NCBI GenBank assembly: GCA_965644265.1
Contig: OZ286463.1
Location: forward strand, 38,688,001 to 38,752,000
Direction of reading: 5' to 3'
From: Glycera tridactyla
Taxonomy: Eukaryota
DNA length: 64,000 nt
The position numbers and the translations under genes are program-made. The notes below the pieces were generated by a model. The model worked only from the letters and a program-made list of their open reading frames with translations. It was not told the origin of the DNA and did no database searches. Positions 14,001-28,800 of the stretch are shown here, piece after piece; position 1 is the first letter of the stretch, and every line of letters starts with the position of its first letter.

Positions 14001-17000
14001 ATACACACAATATATATATATATATATCTATGTAAATATAACCAAGTCACCCATCACCAACGGCATCAGTTCAATTACATTCACTGGGTCAGGCCAGCAT
14101 CAAATGTCACCCCTAACTTCCACCTGATTCAGAATACAAATATCTCTGAATGAGAATTTTATGAACCCTTTCTCATAAATTGTGAACATTGCACTTGAAA
14201 GTACGAAGTTGGTTAGCAACGTGGAGTACGGTTCGGGTGCAACATGGAAGGCCTGGCTTAGTGGCCTGTTCTCACGAAATGGCTGATGTGAGAAAGTGAG
14301 AGATTCCAGCCAATTCTTGGCCAGCTTGGCAGCCAAAGTGGTAGCTGCTGGGGCATTGTGATGTTACATGCAGTAATAAAAAAAAGCGAGCTCTCATTGG
14401 CAGATCACCTTGGGCTTCTCATACCCCCCCCCCCCCTAGCCTGTAAATGTCTCAAGCTATGGTGGGATAAAACGTGGATATTTAGTTAATCGCGACTACA
14501 AGAACCCCCTCGCTTATGATGCTGACCCCGTGATTCTCCATATCTTCCACATCAAGCTGGATAGATGGCAGTGGAATAACATATGCCAGCTTTGTATTGT
14601 CATCAGTACATTATCCATACGACTTGCAGGGCCAAAATATTGCCTAGGCCGATCAGTTGACAATTATAAGACATTTGTAAAAGATAGGAAGTTGAATGTT
14701 GCATTAATGCTAACTTACCGCAGTGTCCTTGACGTTCGAAGTGCGTTGGGCGACATCTACATTGTCCTTCCCAACAGGTGGCAGCAGGGTCGTCACAGAT
14801 GTCACTATGCATGCATGGTGTGCCAAGGTTCAGACTCGGCACTGAAACATCGGACAAACATTTAAAGCTTAAAGGATTTCTTAGTATTAGTGATGGCACC
14901 AGTCGGCACGACCACTGCCTTCGTCGTAGGCATCTCGATCATTTAACATCTTTGCTAGTTCTGGTACTAATAATCTTCCGTTATTTGGGTGTAGTAGTGC
15001 CTGTAGGGTGGCCGTGGTGGCCTCGGCGACACCTGTTGGAAATCATTGCAACTGAATCATCTCATCATCATAAGTGTTCTCAGTGCGATGTCAGGTCATC
15101 CCTGCCCACGCTGGGTGCTGGATGTGATCATTCATGGCCTAGAGTCCTTAACAAATTGGATTAACAAATATTTTCCTTGGTATACTTCACCAAATAGAGA
15201 CTGTCTCAACTGTCTGCGTGTTTACAATATGGGATACAGGTATGACTGTGACAGTTCACTCCTCTGCAGTGACCATCAATAATCATGACCGGAGATCTGT
15301 GTCATGATGTAGTTTCGGTTGTCAGCTTGGACCGGCCATTTGAACTCCGCTCCCTATTAAATACTGGTATCACGAAGTGGCCGTTACTGACTGGCTGCTC
15401 ACTACTCACCACAGGTGTCAGCCTTGGAGAAGAATGTAGGTTTACAGACACACTGATCACGGACACAAGCGGAGTTGGGGCTGATACACAGCTGTCCAGC
15501 AAGACAGGGAGCTGCCAACATCCCTTTAGGAGCTACAACAAACCACGTCATGAAATCACTCAGACAACAAACACAAATGACCACATAATTTACTCAAGTA
15601 TCTGCACTCAAAGTATTGAAGTACTTCTAATTTCTGCAGTTCGTGAAAACTAAACTCCAACCGCTGAAAATCATATCTGAGTGGAATGAAATATTGATTT
15701 TTTTTTAATTGGCAGCTGGATCATCCTTTTCGTCCATAAAGAGCATTGAAAATAGCATGCACGTACGGGCTCACCCATTTCAGGCTAGGAGTATGATTCA
15801 CAAAGCTTGTACATGCTGACTCCCGGTCCCTCTGACAGAACACCCTCACTAGCAAATCATAATCTCTGTTCCGTAACCATGGCAGGACAGACAGCTGTGA
15901 GCAGTTTTTCGATGAGATCATGCTAAATGCACTTCCAGTGAGAACTGAGTTGACGTCTATCTAATGACAACAGGGGTTGAAATTGCCTCGCTGATCGGAA
16001 TCACATTGCATGTTTGGTGTCGGCGTGATTTGGCGTGACAGGCCCTCTAGACTACAATCAACAGCTATTCTCTAGAATATTTCCCACCTGCTTTAAAATA
16101 CAGGTCATGATGTGTATGAAATGACAGCTACTTCATTGACAACCTCGTTCAATCTAGCCATATGTGTTCAGAGTTTTTTAGAGTGATGCTTACTTCACTC
16201 TGAAAATGGGTTTCGAATTCGAACATGTTTAATTTGGAACATGCTTAGTATTGCGTCTTTCGTCTAATCCCCTAATATCCGAATATATTTAAAATGATAC
16301 ATGTTTGGAATACTGTCCTGTATCTAAACTTCTGAAATATTTAAGAGGAATAGTTGCGAACATCCACTCTGTTGGTACACTTCTGAAAGCAATTTGGGTG
16401 ATGTGAGCAGATGGTGAAAAACTGGATACAAATAACCGCACATAGGTGAAAGCAACTGGTTCGACTGAAGGCTTGCTACCGAAACATATCCAGATAGAGG
16501 TGTTTAAAATTAGCTTGTTTAGACTGTTAGGTGGCAAGATGCTCACAATTTAAACTTGTTTAGAAATCTGGCAACTCCAAAGTACAGACAGGAATCATGT
16601 TTAGAAGTCCGCTTTCTCCTTAACTTTTTGTTCACACTGTAGAGGACAATGCATGCAGTTCTTGTATATAACACGATTTGCATAATCGATAATCGAATGC
16701 AGTCAGATGTGCTGTCAAGCTCCAATCGAGTAATCAAACAAACTATGACAAGATTCGAGGATGTATATGCTTGAAAACTCACCACAGAAGCCATCCCGGT
16801 GGAAGTGTGTATTCTTACATATACAGCGTCCTCGATAACAGAATGCGTTGCGGTCCTCACACTCGTCTGTCAGGTCACACCCAGAATCCAGACTCAACTT
16901 GGGTGCTGGAAACATACAAGCGAGAATCTTGACACAAATTTACTTAGACATACATCACACAGATATGCTGTAAGTATATGCTGGGTATCCCTAGTCTGTT

Positions 17001-20000
17001 CTTTGCACAATCTCTGGGTCTTCTCGGAATTTCAAGTGACCGAGATGATGATGATGCGGATGATGATCATTATCCTTATCATCATCACCATCAACGTCAT
17101 TATCGCCGTCCTCGTTAAAACTAATTACAACAACATGGCAAGCCTATCCAAGGCTGCTCCTTTCGATTTTCGGATCGGGTTTTCTTGTTCGTCGCAATAA
17201 TCAATTTACAACGATACTTACTGCATCTTCCGGATTTCTCGTAGAAGTCGCCCTGACACAGACATGCACCGCGCTCACAGCGAGCATGTGCGTCAAAACA
17301 CACAGTTCCATTCTGACAACTCGACCAAATCGATCCTGGCTGTCCATCGCGAGCTGCAACAGAAGAAATTTATTCTTAAAATCAACTTAACATGTCAACA
17401 TGCCACCCTTTTCTACTTATAAGCCCATCGTTTAACAGTCCACGCTCTATGATATCCCCAACCCCTCCTCTCCCCATTTCTAGAATCTAGCTACGGGTAT
17501 CAATCCTTGTAAATTAGGTGGTTTGTATTTTGGCATCATATAAATGGAACAGTTAAGAAACAACATAGCCTGCACTATATTCATTAACACTTGAATTGGT
17601 GTTTCAGAGTATTGGGGTTTCGCCCCATTATGAGCTGCAGGTTGTGAAGAGCAGGTCATATGAATCTGGGTAACGGTGTGGTCAGCCATCTGAGAAAAGC
17701 AATACATGCCAATATTTATCAGAGTAGGGGCAAGGTACTTTACTTACCACATGCTCCTCCGATATCTTGGAAGCCTTTCTCACATGTACAAATTGATTCA
17801 TGACATACTGCATGGGTATCAGCACACTGGTCCATCATCTCACACGGGTACTGAAGTGCTATCTTCGGTGCTGCAAGTCAAAATCAAACATTAGCTCCTT
17901 CTATGTAACAATTTCGATGGTGTTAATGCTGCTGGTGCTTTTATTATTGGTGACCTTGGTCGGTGCAGGTAATGGTGGAGGTGATGATGATGGTGGTGTT
18001 GATGATTTCTGTGATGGTTGTGGTTATAGTGGTAGTGGTACTGGCGGAAACGGTGGCAACAATGACAACCAATATGATGGTGGTTATGGCGATTTTGATG
18101 ATTATATATACTCACTACAGGCGTCGTTTTTCTCGAAGTAGCCTTGTCGGCACATACAGATGCCCGAGTTACATTCTGTGTTGCTGTCTGTACACCTGTG
18201 ACGTGAATCTCCTGCCACCAAGCACGGTGCTTCCAGCTTACCACGGCGCTCTGTACAGACAATAATAAACACTGTTAGTGATTGTGCCTAACTTCAATAT
18301 ACGCACTTCAAGCCCTGTGCGACATGAAGGAGTATAGTGAGAAATGTGTTGTTTTGCACTCACTCTTCAAGTGCGCAAGATCGACTATTGCTAGGCAGGC
18401 ACCTTTTACCGGACTAAAATCTAAGTTGCTAAAGTTCAACTGGATGGTGCATCGAATGTTGGTATGTGAATGGAATCCTAGTAACTTGTATCAAGATGTA
18501 GGCCATTATTTGATGATGGACCATCAGAAAAAGTTATTTGTATGAGGACATACCACATGTGCCGTGTTTGTTATAGTGTGTGATGGCACAGACGCAGTAA
18601 CCATGGCGACACACAGCGTTATCATCCATACACACATCCTCCTCAGTGCAAGCTTGCTCCAGTGGTATCTTGGAATCTGAAATGGACACAACGTCGAGAT
18701 AAGATCAATTATAGCGGTACAACATTCACCTCAATGTATGAGCAGACAGTGACGACGTCGTGCACAAGGGTGAAGGTGTCGTTGATGACGATCATGGTGG
18801 CGATAAGGACAAGGAGCGAGCTATTTGTAGATGCTTTGGTTCTCAATATAGAAAATCTCACGCTCTTCCTCTCATATGTAACCAAATGGACAATGTTCAC
18901 CATGCAATACCGAATCACTATCTGTACATCGTTCCATACACTCTATATGATTTGGACTTCTCCCAAAGAGGCCCCTCTGTGAAGTGGTCGCTGAGTGGAC
19001 CCACTTTACACCACAACTTTACTTCACCTAGATACTAAAAGGTACTTTGGCTATAGGGAGAGATAATAATTCTAGAGTGCTTAGCCGATGCAATTGATTG
19101 GATGCTTGTGGTTGTAAAACCCCAAGGGAGATGAGAAAGGTTCAAGCTTGAACAAGCCAGCCGAAGAAAGTAATTGGAAAATCAAGAGAATTTCTCAAGG
19201 ATACCAGAACCACTACATTTACATTTTTACCACCACGAAGACTATGATGATATGAACGGCGGCGGCGTCAACGATCTCCAAAAATTCAATACTTACAACA
19301 GGTGGCGTGTAGCTGCCAGTAGTTTTCTTTACAGCGACATCTACCGTCTTGACAAGCAGTTTCTTGATTGGAGCACCCACTCCCTCCGGCACAGGATGAA
19401 CCGAGACTACCTGGGCGAGCTGAAGATAGAGAAAAGTCAGAGTCATCTCCGAACTCGAACCATTTGTGTTACCAAAAGAAGCAAGAACATCCAGTGAAGA
19501 CTGTGAATGTCTGTCTGAATCGTTTGTCATTCACATCCTGCTAGGGAATACAGAAATTACGAAAAGTACTTTTCGTAGATGTGGCCTTAGTATAAATGTT
19601 GTTCACTGTAGAAAATATTATTGCGATCTCAGCATAGAGACGGCTTGACTCCTGATGGAGCCCAAATCATAAAAGTACATAACTAAGAAATAGTGAGATG
19701 ATATCACCGGTGTCAGCAAGGAAATAGGGCGAATTTGCAATCGATATCAGACTCTGAACGAGGGAGCTCTTACCGGTCATATTGTACCTACCACAAATAT
19801 CTCCCTGTCTGTGATATCCGGTAACGCATGCGCAGTAGCCCCCATCACAGGTAGCGCTGGGATCTGCACACTCGTCCCGCTCTCCACACGATTCTCCGAG
19901 TCGTCGACGACGGGCTACAGGACATACATGCATCAAGCATTGATAGACAAGGATGTAGTTAGTGGTCCTACTATCTATAGTTTATTACAACCCAATAAAC

Positions 20001-20666
20001 TAATTTTAGTGGGGTCAAAAAACCTCACAAAAAGAATATTTCATCCACAATCACATTAGAGTCACAAGATGCCATATCAAACAGGAACTCCTTTTCATTT
20101 AGCATGACGAACAGAAATATAAAAGCATTCACTGGCAATAGCCAGAATATTTCCGGTTGATGGGAGGATGAAATTAAAACAAAGATCAATCCACGGCTGT
20201 ATTTGATCCGTGATATTGAATTGATTAGCTCATCAAAGAATCATATTCATCGATCATGGATCAACTTATATTCTCGACCCATCGAGGAACACTTGTTTCG
20301 CCTCGTAGTACATCACACTTCAAGATTCGATAGAATCATTAATGACATAAGAGTGTGACATATCATGAAATGTGGGAGGTGATATATCAGGTGACTCATC
20401 AGAAACATAAACTCACCACATGCGCCGTTACTCTCGTAGAATGGTCGGCGACAATGACACACATCGCCATCACAGAAAGAGTTGCCATCCGAACAAGACC
20501 AACCAAACAAACATGGGGCATTCAACTCGCCCTTTGGTCCTGCACAGAATGAAGATAGAATCGGTGTAACAGGTCATGTCTTATTAACCACCATCGAGGC
20601 ACAACAACTTAGCCTAGTCATATCCACTTCATGCAGTCGTCGTTCTTTTCATTGTCGTCGCCCCCC

Positions 20667-20710
<44 letters not shown>

Positions 20711-22844
20711 ATTTAGGTCAACTTGGCTATTGCATAGGTCATACCATAAGAAAGTAGCTGAACAATAGATATATCTCCATTCAGACGGGCGGGAGACAGC
20801 GATAGTGAGAACATATTTAAACAAAAATACCGCCACATGGCTAGTATGCTGCTGCTGCTACGTGTAGAGAGTGATGAAGGTAACTTACGACAGGTGGCGT
20901 CACGTTGGTAGAAGGAGATGTGACAGAGGCAGGTACCGTTGATACACTGGGCGTTAGGGTCCGAGCAGATGTCACCCGCCCTACAAGCACCCATGACGGG
21001 CACGTAACGAGGCTGGTCCTCCAGTTGACCGTCTGGTGGCGCTGTGGGTTGCACTACTGGATTCGGCTCTGGAGAAAGAAGCAGATAATACATGAGTCGA
21101 GTCAGACCGTCAATAGCAAATTCAGATAGGAAAATTCCAAGTGGCACCCCTACCAGTGGTATGGTGAACTAATGGTTCATGTCATGTGCATCATTCGCAG
21201 CAGATAGAAGACAGACTGGAGAACCAAGTACCATAGGAAGATCCCTTCAGCACCCAGTGCCCTGCTTACTAGACGAGTCAGACAGACAGGTAGACCCATG
21301 TAGTCAAGATGGACGATTACAACACTACAGTCAAACCTACCCAAGAAAGAGACCCCCATCGCTCCTGTTTTAGAGCTGCCTGTTCAATATGATTCATCAT
21401 TCCCTGTCCGAATTCCTTTTTAACCGAGAATTCCACTGATTTATATCAAATATACAGAAAATGAAACAGCTCTCATTACTGGATAGTGAGTGTGTCTTGC
21501 ATACCACACTGCACAATTGACTGGTCATGGGCTATGGAGTCATGATCCGCGGAGAAAAGTAGAGACGACGAAGACAGCGAAGACAAGAATCTTAATGGAG
21601 ATGACGAAGACGAAGATGACAACATATGTGATGCTAATGCTGAACTCACCACAATGATCGCCGACCTCCACAAACTGCGGGCGACATTCACAAGTGGCAC
21701 CGTCACACAACAACACATTGTCTGAACATCCTTGATTAGGCAAACAGGTCTTGTGAAACGTGCCTTTAGGTGCTGAAAACATATGTAAACTTGATGTAGT
21801 GGAGTGGTCGCGACGGATTTTTCATCACCAAAATGTAGGTAGTCAGGTGAGTGGGATAGGAAATTTTAAGGGAGGGACAGGTACGGTCTTCTAACGCCGT
21901 CAAACATCTGAAATATGGGAAGGGAGCTCAATCTCATTCATAGTGAGCCACACTTATCATTGAATAGAAAACGAAAAGTATCTACGTTCTCGATGGATGG
22001 AACGTCGATCACCACAGAAAACCTTATCAAATGTATCAGTTTGTGGGTTTGTTCATTCGTATTTTCAATTCAATTTGCAAGTTTCCTTACAGGAGTGTAT
22101 GCTTTTCTGTTCGCTCATCCTGCGGGATCGAACGTAAAGATTGATATCTAATGGCATGAGCAATGTAGCATAGGTGAATCCGAAAGAACGGGGTATTTTG
22201 AGCATTGTTTCCGGGGCTGATCACTTACTACATGCGTTAGTGTTGGACCTGTAGTAGCTGTTCATACACTGGCAGGACCCCTGGATACAGTCGGCCCCGG
22301 CATCCCGGCATTCATCAGACGGGGCACAGCGCTGGCTCAGAGCCATCTTGGACACTTAACAAGAAACATTAACAACAAACACTGTGAGTCGTTATCACAA
22401 TCCTACATCTCCTGTTATGTTTCAAGATGGGCTCATGTGTGAGTCCAATATCGCGCCTACCCCACGCAACCCTCACTTCATTGGTTGGGTGATTAGAAGT
22501 TACCGATCTTGACCAAAGTCAGACNNNNNNNNNNNNNNNNNNNNNNNNNNNNNNNNNNNNNNNNNNNNNNNNNNNNNNNNNNNNNNNNNNNNNNNNNNNN
22601 NNNNNNNNNNNNNNNNNNNNNNNNNNNNNNNNNNNNNNNNNNNNNNNNNNNNNNNNNNNNNNNGAAATTGGACAGGAAGGGTGGTGGGTGAGAGAAAAAA
22701 GGGAAATGAGAGGGAAAGAAATAGAGGAGGGGTGGAAGGAAGGCAGACTAAAGAACACTCATAGAGAGAGAATGGGTGATAAGAGTGGGGAGGGGGAATG
22801 GGCAAATAGGCTATGGAGGACTGAAATAATCAGAGGCGTAATAA

Positions 22845-22875
<31 letters not shown>

Positions 22876-25800
22876 AATTGATTGGTTAATTGTTTGGTTA
22901 GGCTATTGATTTATCTAACGTCAAAGCCAGTCTAATCTAATCATGTACAAGTTGAGCTGCATCTCAGGTGATTCCAACCTTGAAGTGCAACTTACCACAG
23001 AAGCCACTCTTGTGGAAGTGCGAAGCATCACATTTACACACTCCACGTACACACTCCGTGTCGCGGTCTGAGCACGTCTGACGTGAACTGCAGGGCCCAT
23101 TCAGCCGCCCTTCATCCGATCTCATCGCTACCAGGCAAACATAGTCACAATCACAGTCAAACACTGGTAGCAAACTGCTTATCGATATAAATGAGATATT
23201 GTTCAAGAAAAGTGTGATTGCATTTGACTCAGACGAGACCGTGAGGTCCGTGATGAATACTGACTATTCGAAGCGATTGTTCTTCTTGGACAATAGAACT
23301 GAAGTTGAAAGCAGCGAATCAGCAAGGAAACTTCTTGCTGAATATTTCTATATAGGGGGCTTAGGCATCAGGAAGGTTTCAGAATGTGTAGGAAGTGGGG
23401 AGAGTGTGTCTTGGACACACTCGTGCCATATTTCTATACATATTACAAGAATACAAGAAACATGACAATTGATCGGTATAAAATACATGTGTGGTACATG
23501 TTTGATTTCAACCATATTTTGGAATGCTTTGCAGTATAGTCCTTGGCATGGTGGTGGCTCGATGAAATATGAGAAAGTGTGTCTTTTATTGCAAGCTATT
23601 ACGAATAATACACTGATGACTGAATATGAACGGAGAGCGATAATTGCTTGAACTTAGCTCGACATGTGACCAGCCGTGACTTGTTATCACTGTCCCATTG
23701 CCCGGGATTATCATCTCTCTCATAGTGATGTGTGATGGTAGACGCATCCCCCGGAGTGGACCGTGCTGGAGACTTACCGCAGACTCCATGTACGTCCTCT
23801 TGTGGATGCTGACATCGGCATACTCCAGCCGTGCAGGTCGCTGCATCGTCCAGACAGTCGACGGACCGGCTACATGACTCGTTCAAAGCCGCCTTCGGCA
23901 CTGGATCAGAAAAGTCAACATTAGATCAGGTTGATGGCGATAGCGAGTGAATGACTTTTATTGTCATTTTCATCACAATGTGAAAGATATGTCTTATTTG
24001 ATTAGGATTATTGAAATACAGTGGTGGCGGTTATGGCGACGATGAAAACCACACCGACGATTATGATAACGCAAAGTACGGCATGTGCCCAACGATGACG
24101 ATGGCGACGATGNNNNNNNNNNNNNNNNNNNNNNNNNNNNNNNNNNNNNNNNNNNNNNNNNNNNNNNNNNNNNNNNNNNNNNNNNNNNNNNNNNNNNNNN
24201 NNNNNNNNNNNNNNNNNNNNNNNNNNNNNNNNNNNNNNNNNNNNNNGTGGTGACGACGACGGCAACGACGGCGGCGATGACGATGATATTGACTATAACT
24301 TACCACATCGGTTGTCGCTGTAAACAGCTCTCATTTCATCACAGACACAGATGCCTTCATGACAATGGGCTACCTCATCTGCGCATGCTCGACTCGGGTA
24401 GGGTAAACAAGGCGTGGATATCTGACCCCGGGGCACTGGAAAGCGGCAAGCAAAGAAAAATTGTAGCTTATTTCACGCGCTGCCTCGGTTGCCATAAAAA
24501 TCATAGACTCTGATTTCTCCCTGTCTTACCCTGTCCCCATTCGATACTGTGACCAAGATCATAAAGCATTTCTTCTGAAACAACTATTGTGCTACTATCA
24601 TTCGACAGATGTGGGAAATGGTTGCATTGCATCAAATGTTTTGCAGTAAGACATTGTGGTTGCGAGATTCTCAATCTATCGATTGTCAGGTGAGCCCTGA
24701 AATACTCACGGCAGACGTGGTTCTCTTCGAAGTAGTTTGGACGACAGATGCAGGTCCCTCGATAACAGATGGCGTTGTAATCAGCACACGTATTACCCGG
24801 CATGCAAGGGTCGTCAAGGCCACCGCCGCCCACTGCAAGTTCCAGAATGCTTCAGGAAATATCCGTGACTTCATTGCAACTCCACATTTCACCTCTTTCT
24901 CTATTCCCCTTTTTCTCTCTCGTTCTCTGTCTCTCTCTCCCTATCCATATATCTTTCTCTCTCCCTATTCATCTATTTATCTTTCATATTATTTCGTTTC
25001 CTTTTCAGTCACTTTTGTGCAAACAAGTACATCATTGAAAATATGCATGTCCAGGCTTGCCTTCATAACATGTGTATACAATAGTATGCTCTTGCCCTTT
25101 TCACTGACAGACAAGACAAATTAATTCGGCAAGTGGGCAAGCAATTATTGAATGTGCTGACATACAAACAAGCAGACCACATCGATCGACTAAAGTGCAT
25201 GAAATATTTGAACAAAACAAATGACTGACAGCTCGGACTGGAAAGGGTACACAGAATTTGTTGGTAGGATTCAATCCTTCTCAATAACCACTATAATAGA
25301 AATTAAGCTGATGAAGTTCTAGTGCGGTTCTTCATCAGGATTCCTTTAGATCATGTATATCATTGATTTTGTGGAATGATAACATGTGATCGTGATCAGA
25401 GAGGGAGGATCTATAACATCATTTATGTAATAAATGGATTTTTGTGGACTGAAAAGGTTCGTAAAATATTTAGGGGTAGTCGACGGAGTTGACACGAGAT
25501 GGAGCTAATTTTTCTTTTTCAATTTTAATCAATTGCAGAAAACAAGCAGAGGATAGTCCGGTATTTTGATATGTTTTCATGTATTTGTTCGTCATTATTC
25601 ACATGATATAAATGAAAAAAGAGTCTTATTGTAGGATTGTGAAGGAATGTAGAGGGCGTGGTATCGCCGAGTATATAAGGCAGACAAGCGCGGGAACTCG
25701 TTCCACTTGCGGATGACATTTGAGGTATACGGACATTGATTACTGGTTGTTATTGTTGTTGTAAGCGCGGGAAACATGTCGGACTTTAACCCTTCACGTT

Positions 25801-28800
25801 CCTATGTACCAATTTACCAATGGTTGGGTAGGAAAGTCAATGTAGCAGTGTTAGGTCACTCATTTACGAGAAGACAGGATGAGATTTTGTATCAAGAGAT
25901 GAAGGATTCGGATATATATCAGGATATCATAAATGGAGTTACAACCAGAGGTAGGGTTAATGCAGAACTGATGCGAGTGCAGGACACGGTAGATGTAGTA
26001 AATTTTCACACATGCACGTTCATCGGAAAATACGATAAAAACAGGCAAATTGAACAAGCTTTTGAAGCAGTTTCGGAGTCTAATCCTGATTTACTCATCA
26101 TTGACCTAGGCAGTAATGATCTGACTCGGAAAGAAGTAGATCCAGCTACGTTAGCTGTTGATTTATTTGAAAGAGCAGTGGATTTCAGGTATAGAGGAAT
26201 AGAAATGGTAGTCTTTATGGCTTGCTTAGATAGGACGGTAGGACCTGAAGATTTCAGACGCAGAGCTAGCATTTTCAATCACAAACTACAACTTTGTTGT
26301 CAAGTGGCTGAGAGAAGTGGAGGAATAGGTTTCTACAATACTAGAGGTTTCGGAAGTGTAGAAGAAGGAGATCCATGTACTGTTAACATTTGGAGTGATG
26401 ATGGGATACACCCACGCAAGAACAGTAAATTCGTTTATCGCTATCGGTTTGAATTACGAAAAGCACTTTGGAAGGGGGTGGTCGGACTAGGCAAGGTGCT
26501 AGTTGACTTAGAGAAACACAAGTAATGTCATCCGCATTTGGCTTAGCGTTGTTGTTGTGATGTCATGTATGTATGTATAATGCAGCCAGGAGCTGCGGTT
26601 GAATTCATCCTGATTACAGATGACTAACAAGAGGAAAACAACGGATACAGGAGATGGTAGTAGTAAAAAGAGAGAGGTGGGGAAATGGAAAGACATTGAA
26701 CAGACGGATGAAGAAGTTGATTTGGTCACACAAGAATTGTCGGAACCTGCAGGTACGCTGGTTTGCAATCCACAGGTAGGCAATGTGCCAGGACAACCGA
26801 ACACTTCTAAGTCAGCAGAGAGGAATGCAAAGGAACAGAATGGTGCTAGTAACAATGAACACTTGGCAAATTCAATGGGACAAAAGTTGGACAGGCTAAG
26901 ACGACATGCAGCCAACGCTTGTTCAGTAAGAAGCAGAACAGTAACAGGTGGTGTTGGGGGTTACACAATCACAAGCACACAACAAACAGGGGTCAATGAC
27001 ACTGGTTTCGGAAATGGGAATGGATTGAGAGAAAGAGGAGAGAGAGGTCATTCTGTTTCAGAAATACAATCAGATCTTCAAGCAACGATGAATTCGGCTA
27101 TGGCTCAAATGAGTTCGTTAACGCAAATCATGGCAAACATACAGGACCGATTGGACAACCTTGCGGATTTGCCAGGTAACCAATCGGATACTACGAGGCC
27201 GCCAGTAACACCACACAATGTGTCAACACCACAACAAGGTATGCATTTGGGTGAAAACGATATTGATTTGAGAAAGGACATGAGCCAAAATATCATGGGG
27301 CAATCCCGTATGTTTGATAGACAAAGACAGTGGGTTGATGACCAAGTGAGTAGTGACACAGTACAAGCTACTATGACGAACATAACAGGTGTGACAAACC
27401 GAAATCAACATCGACCTGACTTGACATACATTTTGAATGACCCGAGTTGTGTGCAAGGAGCAGTGTTGAAAGATACGGATCAGAGAGTGGGGGGTCCACC
27501 ACCAAGTATTTCCAATACAATTGGATCTATGTTCAATAACAATAACAATCATGCTAACGCATCTGGCAATATTGGCCAATGGCAACAACAATCTGTTCAT
27601 AACAATACTCCTTTTGATATTTTGGAATCGTTCAGGATGAATTCAGCCGCACGTAACCAGGCTAATGTTTCAATGTACATGGACGCTGCTAACAAAGCAG
27701 GGATGAGGACATGTAGGCAAGATGATGGGAGGAGGAGAGGTGTCAACAAATCACCTTTTCAACCTGTATGTCCGAATCCAGCTGCACAGTTTTATCCAAT
27801 ATTTCAAAACAATAGCGGGATTCAAGGTTCAACCAATGTAGGAGGGTTGTCATTAATAGGAAGTGTTCCCCCTAACCAAGTCATACAAAGCGACCCATCC
27901 ATGAGACAGATTATTTCGGGGGGTATGCCAATAGGATATAATGTAGAGATGGAAATAAAAATAGATATCTGGCAAGATCGTTATATTGACCTATCAGAAC
28001 TCCTTCAACCTCAAAAAATAGCGGAACATCATTATGTTGTAGACGGCAAAACGGGGGAATTTGTACTATCAAAAAGAAAACGTATCATCAAAAACATAAA
28101 GGACTGGGACGAAGCTTTCTTAACATATGTGGCCATATACAATCAAAACCCAGTTAAATCTCCGGCACAAAAAGCAAGGGATGGGGAAGACCTCTTAACT
28201 TATATTAATGATGTGCGAGGTATAGCGGCATCTGGCGGAGACTTCAAGCTCTATGATGAAGAGTTCAGATCTCAGAGGGCGTACCTAAATGTACCATATC
28301 CTTGGAACTCCTACCATGCCAAATTATTCCAAACAACTAGCAGGCCTATCAATAGAGCAATGGGATCCAATCAAAATTTCAAATATAATCAAAATCAAGG
28401 GAATTCATATAAGGGATTTGACACGGAAACGTCAAAAGGTTATTGTTTCACTTTCAATAACCCAGGAAAACGGTGTATGATTCCTAAGTGTTGTTTCAAG
28501 CATTTGTGTACGAACTGTAATGCACGGCATCCTGTATTCAGATGTGGTAGTGTGTCATCTCAATCTGGAAACAACCCCACAACCGGAGCAAAGAAAAAGC
28601 CTGCAGCAACCGGAGACGCCAGTAAGACCAATGATTCTGTATAGTTGGTTAGAAGGTTTTGACCAAAAGGAAAAAGACTATCTAGTAAATGGATTTCAAA
28701 ATGGCTTTGACATAGGTTTTCAAGGACTTTCACCAGCCTTTAGAGCACGCAACCCAGAAACAATTAACCAATATTGGTTACAGGCGAGAGAATTAATATA

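Noticed and set aside
14870-15032. Decayed Thr-rich linker exon (GVAEATTAT / PTGTTTPK / MPTTKAVVVPTGAIT in three frames)
   Set aside because: Needs two frameshifts, has stops and no good phase-1 donor; cannot be separated from chance.
25300-25345. Hammerhead ribozyme suggested by CTGATGA cores near the element ends
   Set aside because: No stem II followed by GAAA in the required position on either strand; it is just a hairpin.
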